Below, piece after piece: positions 13,012 through 25,035 of a stretch of DNA of 34,296 bases. Origin of the DNA: Reclinomonas americana ATCC 50394 (Eukaryota); the NCBI GenBank assembly GCA_048213135.1, contig PS015370.1, positions 16,686-50,981 of the forward strand, given 5' to 3'. How positions within the stretch are numbered: the stretch's first letter is position 1; each line of letters begins with the position of its first letter. The position numbers and the translations under genes were made by a program. The notes under the pieces are model-generated. The model made no database searches and was not told where the DNA came from. It worked only from the letters and a program-made list of their open reading frames with translations.

Positions 13012-13694
13012 GTACGTTGGTGACGGGGGGTGATGGCTTGATTTCGCGCCAAAAATGCGGTTGCTGTAAAGTTTACATATCCGTTGACGGCTGGTTTCTC
13101 TTGATCGCGCGCTGTGCCTATTTGCAACTTTCTGCAATGAGGGCATGCACCGCATTGTTGACTGCAAAGAGCACGTGCAAGAAGCAGTTGCGATCCTTGG
13201 CGCGTTGAATTCGAATTCGAAGGCAGTTCGTGCACGCGAGGGGGATCTGCAGATAAGAAGCCACTGGGACGCATATGCAAAGATGCATAGTAAGGCCAGC
13301 CTCATGGTGGCAAGCTTGTGGTGGCTGCGCCGATGCAAATGCATCGATCGCGAATTGCAAAGCACGGAGTGAGCGAGGGATTCTCGAATTCTGCATGCTG
13401 CTACGTAACCAGAGGTGGTACTATGTACTTCACAGTTGACCCGCATCGCATGCACAGGATCTGCAACTGCAAGCTTCTGCGCTTTCACGATCACTCGCAG
13501 CGCGCGCGATCGCGAATTCGAATTCGATATCCCAGTCCTGCATTCGATACGCCCAGCTCCCTCTCCGCACACGGTGCTGCTCACACAAGCTTCCGAGACA
13601 CACACAATTCTCTGCAAAGGGAAAGAAACGGTGTCGCCGCAAATTCGCGCCAATTTTCGTCTCCTCAATCACTTTGTTGCGCGTGAGAGAGCGA
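13012..13694. promoter_or_regulatory. Divergent (bidirectional) promoter region between cyclin H and BBS4 with E2F-like elements
   Basis: Head-to-head ATGs at 13011 (-) and 13695 (+). TTTCGCGCCAAA at 13042-13053 and ATTCGCGCCAAT at 13643-13654, each 30-40 nt from an ATG. Confidence 0.5.
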
Positions 13695-13976
13695 ATGGAC
13701 GACGACTTTGGAGGAGGCGTGAGTGGTGTGAGTGGCGCAGGCGGTGCGCATGGCGGTGCCAATGTCTCTGCGAGTGTGGCTGCGAGTCTGTCGGGACAAG
13801 GCGATGCGCGCAACTGGCTCATTCATCTGTTGTACACGCGAGGAGAGCATGATGAGTGCTTGAGACTCATCGAGGAGCAGGTGTGTGTGTAAGAGAGAGA
13901 AAAAGAGAAAAAGAGAGGCGAAGAGAGGCAACGAGAGAGAGATCGATAACAACGCATTGATCAACTGCCTTCTCAT

Positions 13977-14016
<40 letters not shown>

Positions 14017-16548
14017 AAGTCTCTCGTTGTCTCCCTTGCTCTCGTGCTTCATCCCTTCTCGATAGACAAGTCTCTCTCTCTCACACTCTCTCTCCCTCTT
14101 CTCCTCACTCTTCTCTGACTGTCTCTCTCTCTCGCTCACACACGCTGACCCCCCTCTCAGCTGCAAGAGACAAAAGGCATGTGCGAGTATGCTCTGTATG
14201 TCAAAGGTCTGTGCCTATGTTCCTCCCTTCCCTCACTGGTCAGCTGTGTGTAACCTTCATTCTCTCCACCACTCGTCAGCTCTGATCAGCAGGCAGCGTG
14301 GCTCGATTCAAGAGTCTCTGGAGCTTTTCCGCTCCGCCACCATTCTCAACCCGCACAATGTCAGCAACTTGAAACAAGTCGCTCGATCACTGTTGCGCGC
14401 TCTGCTTTGGTTCATGTGCTTTGCTGGCAAGTGGCTTACGTGCGTGTGTGTGTGTGTGCGCAGTCATCTGCTGGGCAGGCACAAGAACGCGATTGATGTG
14501 TACGACGAGGCGCAACGCTTGGTCGAGGAGGATTGGGTGAGTTGTCCAGGAAGAGGGAGAAAGAGAGAGCCATGCGTCTCTGCTTCCTGACCCCCTTCCC
14601 TTCTCCCAGGAAATCTGGCACAACAAGGGCGTGTGCCACATGTACTTGAAGAACTTTGACCAGGCCATCGACGCCTTCCAGTGCGCCAACGCCATTGCGC
14701 GACACGATGCCACCTTTATGCAGCTGGCCAAGGTCTACACAATGCAAGACGACATTCCGGCGGCCATTGAGACGCTGGAGGAGGCACTCGAGTTCTCGCC
14801 CGAGAACCCCGAGATTCTCACCACGCTCGGCATTCTGCACTTGCAAGTTGGCGAGAATCAAAAGGCGTTTGACAACCTAGGCGCGGCTCTCACGCAGGAT
14901 CCGAAGAACCCCAAGGTACACGAGACTCTCTCATTTTCAATATGACCGCTGCTCACCGCGCTCTGCCAGACCATTCTCGCCGCCGGCTCGATCATCCAAG
15001 ACCACAACGAAATGGATGTGGCGCTGAGCAAGTACCGTGTGGCCGCCAAGGAGACACCAAACTCGGCGCAGCTGTGGAACAACATTGGCATGTGCTTCTT
15101 TGGCAAGCAGAATTATGTAGCAGTTGAGGCGATGGGAGGGAAGGGGATGGGAGAAAGATGGGCTGGCGCTCACTGCAGTGTTGGTATCGCAGGCTATTTC
15201 ATGTCTGAAGAGGGCGCTGTATCTGGCGCCGTTCGAGTGGATCATTGCGTACAATCTCGGGTTGGTGCACTTGAATACGGGCCAGTTGCGTTGCTGGGTT
15301 TTTGTGATGCAGTCATTTGCGTGTATTGTTGTTTTGTGCTTTGTCATGCTTGTGGAGCGGTCTCTCTCTCTCTCTCTCTCTCCTCNNNNNNNNNNNNNNN
15401 NNNNNNNNNNNNNNNNNNNNNNNNNNNNNNNNNNNNNNNNNNNNNNNNNNNNNNNNNNNNNNNNNNNNNNNNNNNNNNNNNNNNNNNNNNNNNNNNNNNN
15501 NNNNNNNNNNNNNNNNNNNNNNNNNNNNNNNNNNNNNNNNNNNNNNNNNNNNNNNNNNNNNNNNNNNNNNNNNNNNNNNNNNNNNNNNNNNNNNNNNNNN
15601 NNNNNNNNNNNNNNNNNNNNNNNNNNNNNNNNNNNNNNNNNNNNNNNNNNNNNNNNNNNNNNNNNNNNNNNNNNNNNNNNNNNNNNNNNNNNNNNNNNNN
15701 NNNNNNNNNNNNNNNNNNNNNNNNNNNNNNNNNNNNNNNNNNNNNNNNNNNNNNNNNNNNNNNNNNNNNNNNNNNNNNNNNCTCTCTCTCTCTCTCTCTC
15801 TCCTCCCCATCTCGTGACGCAGTGTGTTGTTCTTGTGCTCTGTCGCTGTTGTGGTGCAGTTTCTCTCTTTCTTTTCTCCCGTCGTGTGACTCTGTGTGTT
15901 GTTCTTGTGCTCTGTGGTTGTTGTGACCAGTCGCTTGGGTGTCCGTCTTGTGACCCAGTGTGTTGTTTTTATACTTTGTGGTTCTTCATTTGCTTTCTAC
16001 TCTATGGTTTTTGTGACTTGTTTTGTGTACACTCCTCCCCCATTTATGTATCCGTCTCCATCCTGCTTGCCTTTTCTCCTCTTCTCCCTTTCCATTTGCT
16101 TCCTCTCGCATTCCCCTCCCCTCTCCCTCTCCCTCACCCTTCCCTCACCCTCCCCAGATTCGCCTCGGCCTTCCACTACTTCTCCGCCTCCATCAACCTG
16201 AAGCGCGACTTTGCCAGCGCCTACATGTACCTGGCCATCACTCTGTCGCGGCTGGACGACTTTGAGAATGCCTGCCACGCCTACGAGAAGGCGATTGAGA
16301 TGGAGAGGTGTGCTGCAATCTCCGTTTCCGACCACGCTGCCATGGTCTCACTCTTCCCCCCTATTGGTAGCGACCATTTGTTTGAGCTCAACTACGCCGT
16401 CACGTTGTACAACCACGGCGACTCGAGGAATGCACGCAAGCACTTCCAGCAGTTCCAGCGCCTGTTCGAGGACCTGGATGAGGCAGCCAAGCAGGAGGAT
16501 CCCGACGTGCTCACCATCTCCAAGCGTCTCAGCGATTTGTTGAAGTGA
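13695..16548 (+). CDS. BBS4: Bardet-Biedl syndrome 4 protein (BBSome TPR subunit), 9 exons, with the assembly gap inside intron 7
   Basis: Spliced peptide has BBS4-like segments [108 protein letters not shown] and [13 protein letters not shown]. All 8 introns are GT-AG and keep the frame. Confidence 0.95.
13981..14012 (+). repeat. (CT)n microsatellite in BBS4 intron 1
   Basis: Direct tctc... run within an AG/CT-rich expanded intron (13881-14160). Confidence 0.9.
15386..15781. other. Assembly gap (N run) flanked on both sides by (CT)n, inside a BBS4 intron
   Basis: 396 N. CT repeats at 15361-15385 and 15782-15802. Confidence 0.98.
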
Positions 16549-16928
16549 GGTCGCCGCGTGTGTGTGTGTGCGCGCGCGCGTTTCAGATTGAAATTATGGT
16601 GGTGTATACGCGATATCCGGCTGCATGTACAAGTGCAGACAACAGCGGTGTTCACGTCCAGGCTTTGGTGTCGTATTGGCCACGAATGACAGGATCAATC
16701 ATTGCAAAAAATGCGTCACCGTCGCTCTTTTCACGTATGTTTTTCACCACCGTCACTCTCGTTCTCAAGCACCACGTAGTCTCATTGCGCAAGTCGCGAT
16801 CGCCCGGCCACGTGCCTCGTAGTTGTGTTGTCAGGCCTTCTTGTCAGCCGGAAATGCACAGTCAACCTGTCATCCTCGCACCGATCTTTTTTCCACGCCG
16901 TTTTTCTTGTCTTGTGTGAGAGAGAAGC

Positions 16929-19630
16929 ATGTCATCCAACAAGAAGGGTGTACCCAAGGCTGCTGCCGCAGCCAATGCTGTCGGTGTGTCCCTCTCAGCG
17001 ACCTCTTCACACCCCATTCTCTCTCTCTCCCTCACACATTCTCCTCCTCTCAGAAACCGAGAACACTCGCCGTCTGGAGCAAGCACGAGCCGCCTTCCAA
17101 CACGCACAGGCGGCAGTGAGCCAGGCCCAGCTGGGCGACGCACAAGTGATCCTCAGTCAGTGCGTGGACGAGTTCACAGCGCTGCTTGGACGCCAACACG
17201 GCGACACCATGCAAGCCATGTACACGTTGTCGATGGTGCTCACCAACGTCGGCCGCATGGACGAAGCGCTGGCACTCCTCCAGGAGCTCGTCGAACTCGC
17301 CGAGCGCATGTTTGGCTCGGAGCACGTGAACGTCTCCGCTGCGAAGCTGGAGTACGAGAAGGTGGGCCGCGCCATGGCGCAGCGCGAGGCCGAATCGCTG
17401 CGCGCACAGGTCGCACAGATGCGGGAGGAGCTCCGACTCAAGGAGCTGTTGCTGGACGGCTCAGAGCGCATTCCCGACCCGTTGGCAGTCCCGCTTGGTG
17501 CGTTTCCACGAGTTTTGTCGTGTTTCTCATTTTGTCCTGTCATCCACCTCACACTCACTGTTCGGTGGTGCCAACCTGCAGTGGACACGGATGAGCTGCG
17601 TGAACATCGCCGGATCATCTCGCAGAGTGTGCACGAGCTGCTGCCGTCGACGATTCTGGCCGAGCGCGGCGATCCGGATGCCGGATCGCAACTCGAGCAA
17701 TCGGCCGTGTTTGCCGACATTCCCGACGCAGTCCGCGTCGCCAGCCGCGGCCTGAGCGAGTTCCGCGATCCGTCGGGCACGCCTCCGCCCGCTCCCGACG
17801 CTCCCTACCACAAGGTAGTGCGCGCTCATGCCAACACACTGATTCGCATCGTGGAGGACCTGCCGAGCGATGCGCAGGATCGTGTGCGACAGATTGGCAT
17901 GCAGACGCCGGTCACGCAGCATGCCGTCAGCGCTGTGGTCAGCCTCCGGGATCAGGTCAGCAAGGTGTTCAAGGAGGTTGCTGATGCAGCGCAGGTCGTG
18001 TATGGTGTGTCGGTGACGGAGGAGGCGGCCGCTGTGGCGCGTCGTGAGGCCGAGGACGGCAATGATCGCGACACTCACGATCGCGACCTGCGCCAAGTCA
18101 AGGCCATTAGCCGTGCAAGCGATCGCCTCGACAGCTCGGTGCACGCCTGCAATCAGACGCAGTCGCTGGTGGACGAGAGAAGACGCGGACAGAGCGAGAC
18201 GGAGCGCGAACTGCTCTGGAACGACCTTTCTGTCAAGTGCGACGAAACGCTGGCCAAGCTGCGCGGCATGATTGACGAGATGCCGCGCAAGCTGGCTCGT
18301 GCGCAGCAGGAGACCAACTACACCAAGCAGGGCATTCTGCATGAGCGTCAAGAGCTTCTCAACCGCCTGCGCGTCAACGTGGTGCGCCTCGATGAGTGCG
18401 AGCGCGTGGAGCGACGGCTTGCCCGCGAGCGTCAGCAGCTGGACGAGATTCTTGCGCGACTGATCAGGCGCGCCGACGCGGTGGAGATGGTGCAGACTGA
18501 AGTGGTGCGATGGGCGCCGGCGCATCTGCGCAAGATGCGAGAGGCGGCGGCGAAGGAGCTTCGGGCGTGGCAGAACAGTGCCCGCGAGGCTGAGAGCTTT
18601 GCCACCCGACGGGAATTCGGTCTGCAGCGCGGCAGGGAGGAGCTGGAGCTGCAAGTCAAGCGATATGTGCGGTTCACGGAGGTTGCCGACCGCACTGCCG
18701 CCGACAACAACAAGTGGCGTGTGTTGAGGTTGCCCAGCAAAGTGGACCAGCAGCGCGAGGAGGAGGAGCGCAGTCAGGCGTTCGCCGCGGCCGCCGAGGC
18801 CAGCAAGCTGCTCGAGCTGTGCACACGATTCTCGCTCAAGTGGGAGGACTGCTCGGAGGCCGACGCTCGCCTGCACTACCGCCGTGTGATGCTGGACGCT
18901 GCGGTCGACGCCTGCAAGGGGCACCCGCCACCGGCCGTTCTCGCGGATTGTTGCGTCCCCACCCCCATTAATATTCATCGTGCAAGAAGCACCGACACTG
19001 ACCTGCTGTCACACATACACAGTGGGGCTGTCTGATCTGCAAGACGACGTGGCGCTGTCGATCCAGTCGCTGGACTCGCTCCGACTGCACGCGTCGCCGC
19101 AGCCGATGAACGTTCGACCCAACGCCGCACAGGCACGCTTCCAGTTGCACGAGACCCTCAATTCCGTCCTGGGCAAGGAGCATGCGCCGGTGACGGTGCG
19201 CTTCTCGCCACAGCAGAACACACTGACTCTGGAGTTTGAGGTGCCGGTGCTGTCGACCAGCGCCCGCGATTCGCCCACCTCCATGGAGGCCCGAGCTGCG
19301 GCGACCACGGCGCGTGCAGTCAAGGCCGTGCAGCGCGGACTGCGCGCCGAGCTTGCCGATCGCCTGCCCCCGGTGGAGCCCGTCATTGAGCGACGCGACC
19401 ACGCCATTGTGGCCATCATCGCCGAACTCGGCTCGGCGGACGCACTGGTGGCGCTGGCGCTCCGCCGCGACCACTTGTCGCAGGCCATTAGCCAGGCACA
19501 GCGACGATTCGCCGACGAGGATATCAGCAGCTTGCTGACCAAGACCTCGGCCACGGCTGCCGCAGGAGCAGCCGACGACTGGGCCGCGAGCAGCCACTCC
19601 ACTGTCGTGTCGTCCGTGGGCCGACTCTGA
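16929..19630 (+). CDS. Uncharacterised protein with N-terminal TPR-like helices (kinesin-light-chain/TPR_12 style) and long coiled coils, 4 exons
   Basis: ATG at 16929 (MSSNKKGVPK). Introns at ~16983-17053, ~17498-17581 and 18950-19022 keep the frame. 'LLGRQHGDTMQAMYTLSMVLTNVGRMDEALALLQELVELAERMFGSEHVNV' is TPR_10/12-like. E/R/Q/L-rich heptads follow downstream. Confidence 0.75.
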
Positions 19631-19843
19631 GGATGACGATGTAAAAACGGAGTGAATGCACGCTGCGATAACTCTCTTTTAAAACGTTGTACCTCCTCCT
19701 TCATAATCATCAGCCCGCAAGATCACGAAGTTTCGTCGGTGCCGCGGAAGGACAAGATTGATTCCCGCCTCGAGATATTCCGAACACATCAGCGAAGAGG
19801 AGAAGAGAGAGCGTGACAGCTTCTCCTTTGTGTTGCCGCCAAC

Positions 19844-20809
19844 ATGAAGTTCGGTGTGCAGCTGAGCCTGCACTCGCTGACGAAATGGCGCAACAACTAT
19901 GTGCGATACAAGCGACTGAAGGACAAGATCCACGCGGTGGTCGCAGCTCACATTGCCACCGGGTCTGACTCTCTCTTTGTCTCCCCTTCCCTCACACACA
20001 CACACAACGCTCACTTTGCGCTCATCAGTGTGGCCATTGACTTGCTGCCTGAGGAAAAGTCGTTTGAGGAGAGCCTGCACTCGGATCTTCGGTTCGCATC
20101 ACACTTGTCTGTGTGCGCTCTCTCTGTCGTGCTCACACTGTGCACGTAGGGCGGTGAACAACTTTGTGGCGCTGCAAAAGGCGGCACTGGAGAGCGATCT
20201 GTTTGCGTTTGAGCAACGTTTGCGCGTGTCGTTGGCGAATGGATCGTCGGATCGCCATCGACGCCCCGAAGACGAGGAAGAAGAGGAGCGTGAGATTACA
20301 CTGGAGGAGGTGTCGCGACTGCGTGCGCTGTGTGTGGACTTTGTGCAGCTGCGACACTTTGTGCAGCTCAACGCCGAAGGCTTTCGAAAGGTGCTGAAGA
20401 AGCATCGGAAGCACACGCAGTATGCGCTCGATCCGCGACTCGATCCCGCCACGGCCTATCGACAGCCGTTTGCCGATCCCGAGTCTCTGGCGTGGTTTGG
20501 TTCGCTCACTTGCTGTGCACTGTCATACCCTCCCCTCCCCTAGAAAACCTACCTCGTGGCTGATCCCTCGGTTCGCAGCTCGTCGACTGCAGCACATTCG
20601 CTCGCTCTTCCAGCAACGTGTCAGCGACGCTGTGAGCGAGACCGAGCTGTTCAAGCAACTGATGGAGATCACGTTGGAGGTGCCGCCGGTGGTGCGTCGG
20701 CAGCGATCGATCTGGCGTCGATACTCGTTTCGCGGCTCGTTGGTCCCGCTGGCGCTGTGCCTGTATCAAAAGGTGAGCATTACGGGAGAGCTCAACTCGC
20801 ACTGTCTCT

Positions 20810-20855
<46 letters not shown>

Positions 20856-23800
20856 CAGTTCACGGAGACATTCGTCAAGGCAATCACACTGGCGACGGTG
20901 GTCTCCTTTGCCTGGAAGACGGAGACTCAGGGCAACGCGGAGGCACTGCTGATGCCGCCGGGCGGCATCTCGCGATTCGCCTTTATCGGCTGCCTGTTTG
21001 GCCTGGTGTCGTTGTTCCGCGCCGCTGCACTGGTGTTTGCGGCGTACTTTGCTCACGATGCGCGACTCGTCGGTTGGATCTGGGGCACGGTGCGGGCGCT
21101 CAGCTTGTGGGCTCTCGCACAACTGTCGGTGTGTGCACTCTGTGTCTCGGTGGCTGTGTGTCTGCACCCCCTCGTTGAGTTGTGCGCCCGCGCAGCAATC
21201 TCCTTGGCTGTGGAAATTGGTCTTCCTCCTGCTCCTCCTCGAACCCTTTGCCGGTGTGATGACCTGCGCGGCCGCGTCGCGCTTGTTGTGGGGCTCACGT
21301 CGCTTGTGGAAAGGTGTATTCTCCCCGCTCCGCTGTCATTTCTTTGTTCCCCTGTCTCCCTCTCACGCGTTTCATGCAGCCGACGTGAGCCGACTGTACG
21401 AGCGCATGGCCATGATTGATGCCAACGGCGCCACCGGCAACGGCAAGAGCGATGAGACACCCATTTCGCGTGGCACCTACAGCCTGTTGTCGTTCGCCAT
21501 GTCGGTGTTGGGCGTGCTTGGCGCCTTTGTGATTGCGCGCTACGGTTTCGGCATGTACGCGTGCTTGCTGGTGGCGGCGGCGTTGGCGTTTGTGGAGGTG
21601 CCGCTGTTCTCGCTCTCGTCGCGCCCCAGCCGGGATCTGCGCTCGCCCGACCCGATTGTCACCTACCACATGTCGCCGGCGTCGCTTCTCTCGCAACACC
21701 ACACGATGCGATGGACGATGATTGTGCTGCTGGCCTCGTCGCCGGCGTACCAGGCCTCACCAACCGCCGTCCTACTGGTGTGTGCCGGCCTCTCGCTGGC
21801 CGTGCGAATCGGCGAGTTCGTCGGCAAACTCTTGTCGTATTCCACGGGCGCACGGTTCGGCACATGCGCGTGGTGTCCGCCTCCTCTTTTTCGCTTGGAC
21901 TCACGACGGTGCCTCTCACAGCTTCTCACTGAGTCGCGTGTCGCTGTATGCCACCTCGAGCTTTGCGCTCTTCGCCTTGCTGCCGTTTGTCTCCGAGTAC
22001 GCCGACATGATGCGTGCTCCATGGTGGATGCTACAATTCCAGTTGCGCCTTCCCGTTGCCGACGTCCATGTCGTCCACTCTCGCTCTCTCTCATCGTGGC
22101 TGTGTGCGCAGACTGCCGGCGCCACTGTTTGGCGATGTACGACTCCTTCTCAGCTTTGTTATTCTGCTGACATTTAGCGTGTTCAACTACCTCGCCCGCA
22201 CCACCTCGGCAGCGCTGCGGCACAGCGCCGAGTCTCACGCCCCGTCCACACTCGGTGGCCCATTGGATACGCGGCTGTGGCTGTTCAAAGTCGTCAAGAG
22301 CTTCTTCTCAGTGCTCGCCGGCGTGTTTGTGGAGGTGACACACTCGCTCACTTTTGCTTGTCGATCACTCACACACTCACTAACCTTGCGTGCTCGACAG
22401 AGACCATTCACCAACGTTCTCAATCTGTCGTTCATGTCGCTGGCGCTTGGTATCGTCACGTCGGTGCTCGGTGTGGTCGAGGCGTGGTCTGCACCGAAAA
22501 TCACCAACGCCTCGGCCGACGCGGAGATGGCAGAGCTGGGTTTCGAACGGCGCGGTCGTTTCATTGTGGTCGAGGGGCTTGATGGTGCGTTTTTTCCCTC
22601 TTCATATACCCCCAACTGTGTGTGGATGAATTCCTCACCACTGCACACTGATGCGAGCAGGATCGGGCAAGTCGACGCAGTTGGCCATGCTGGAGACCAA
22701 ACTGCGACTGGCGGGTTTCGATGTGGTGACCACCGGGTGGAACTCGTCGTCGATGATGGCCGAGTCCATCAAGGCTTCGAAGCGTCTGCGTCACATGCGG
22801 CGTCGCACGTTTGCGCTCAGTCAGGCCACCGACTTGTCGGAGCAGTTGTACGACGTGGTGCTGCCGGCGCTGAGGTTCGTTCCCCTGCTGCTGCTGCTGC
22901 ATGCTGTTGCACGGACCACTTTGTGTGTACTCACGCGTGGCTGCTTGCAGTGCTGGCAAGATTGTTCTCTCCGACCGCTACTTTTACACGAGCCTGGCGC
23001 GCGACACCGTGCGCGGCAGCGACCGCGTGTGGCTGGAGAATTTGTACGCCAACATGATTCAGCCGGATCTCGTCATGTACTTCCGCATCCCGGTGGAGAC
23101 CGCCATCTCTCGCGTGGTCAAGCGGCGCATGGCCAGCAGTGCGCACGCGGTCGGCGAGTCCGACGACGACGAGGACGACTTGTCGGACGACGACCTGCGG
23201 GGATCACTGACCGACAGCCTACCGGTCGAATATCTCGAGTCGCGTCCACGCTCGCGACAGCCCCCGTTTGTCAGCAAGGTTCTCCCCTCTCCCCTCTCCA
23301 CGGCCACCAGCGCAGTCGCACCGTCTCCCTCTCGCCGCTCACTGCCACCGACGGGCGTGGTGGAGGACGGCGAGGGCGAAGATGTCGATGTGCGGCGCCG
23401 CTCGCACTCATCGGCACTGGGTGTGGTCACCAGCAGTGGCAGCGACAGCCACAGCAGCAGTGGACTCGGCCATGGTCTGGCGCACGCGGCTGACGACAAG
23501 GACGACGGCGAGCCGCAGTTGTCGTTCTACGAGGCTGGTCTCGATCTCCATCTCGAGGATGATCCGCTAAAGGTACGAGGAACCACAGCTCTGTGTGCGC
23601 GGCGTTGCGCTCACTGTGTGTGGTGTTGCGCGCACAGAATTTTATCTCGTTCCAGACGCTGGTGTCGGACCAGTATGACATTCTGGCTGATGGTGCGTGT
23701 GTTTGTATTGCTGTGCTTGTTGTGCTGACGCATTGCCACCAACCATTGTTCTTCTCTGCACCGTTTTGCAGCGTACGATTTCAAAGTGTTTGACGCCACG

Positions 23801-24961
23801 CAGGCCATGGAGTTGCAGCACGAGATCGTGATGCATCATGTCAACAGGATCCTCGTGCATGGTCCGCCCGTGCGCACCAACGTGCGAAACGCCTTCGACA
23901 AGAACCCCGAAGACGATCCGCCGAAGATGCGCTCGAACTATCTGCGCGGGCACGCCTGGAGCGGTCTTCATTTCTACTTTCGCAACATGCACCAGGTGAG
24001 CGCTGCGAGCGTGAGTGACTGTTCTTCCCGAGCCGTCCATCTAAGCCACGCCAACAGACCATGCTGGAGCGCACGGAGGAACTGATGGATCTCGGCCCGA
24101 TGCCTCGCGTGTTCTTGCACGGAAATCCACACATTGACAACTTTGCCAAGGTTATTTCTCGAGGTCGATACTGTTCCGCAGGGAATGCCCTAACCCCGCT
24201 CACGTGTGCAGGGCGTGGCCGGCTCTGCATTGTTGGACTTTGATCGCTCCAAGTTCGGTCCATACGCCTGGGATCTGCTGCGCCTGATGGTGTCGCTCTC
24301 CATCCGCTCGAAGAGCGCTTCAACGCACCTGTTGCACTGGTCGCTCGTGCGTGCCGTGCAGGAGGGCTACTTTTGGGGCTTCCTACATCCCGATATGCCT
24401 CTCCGCGACATGCAAAAGTTGTCGGTTTGTGTGCTGCACGATCGCCTCTTTGCCGCGTTTCTCCATGCTAATTTCGCGCATAGGTGGCTCGCCCGTTGCC
24501 CGAGGAGGAGACGACGAATGCGTACCTTGCCGCCAATCGTGGCTGGGCCATGGAGATGCGTGAGAATCAGCTGCCGGTGGACGACGAGAATGTGCAGACC
24601 CTGGTGCGCTTGTACGCCGAGTCGCGTGGCGAACCGAGACTGCTTTCCGAGTTTCGTCATCTGTTGCTCCTCTCCTCCAACCAGCGAGCTCAACGTCGGG
24701 TTGCACGAAACACCCCTTCTCATACGCAGCTACCGCATCGAAGAAGCCGGTCGTGGTTTCGGGTCCATGGCCGTTCGCGATCGATACTTGGTGGTGTTGG
24801 CGCCCACCGCCGCCGCCGCTTCCTCGGATCGCCTGTTCCTCGACATCAAGGAGACTCGACGCGACCCCGACACGCGCTACTTTACCAATCCGTTCGACCA
24901 CAATGGCAAGCGAATGATCGCAGCTGGCAAGCTGTACGCTCCGAGCTGGGTTGAACGGGAG

Positions 24962-25035
<74 letters not shown>

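Noticed and set aside
13396-13410. Possible RFX X-box upstream of BBS4
   Set aside because: Poor match to the X-box consensus.
12772-13668. 298-aa minus ORF extending cyclin H upstream
   Set aside because: Only the part from ATG 13011 resembles cyclin H. The rest crosses the promoter region and starts at a non-ATG codon.
17527-18978. 483-aa antisense ORF, and similar long overlapping ORFs elsewhere
   Set aside because: Shadow ORFs expected opposite GC-rich coding exons, with non-protein-like composition.
22137-22177. Possible 41-nt intron (GTACGA...CTGACATTTAG)
   Set aside because: Removing it would shift the frame, and read-through gives a plausible TM helix.
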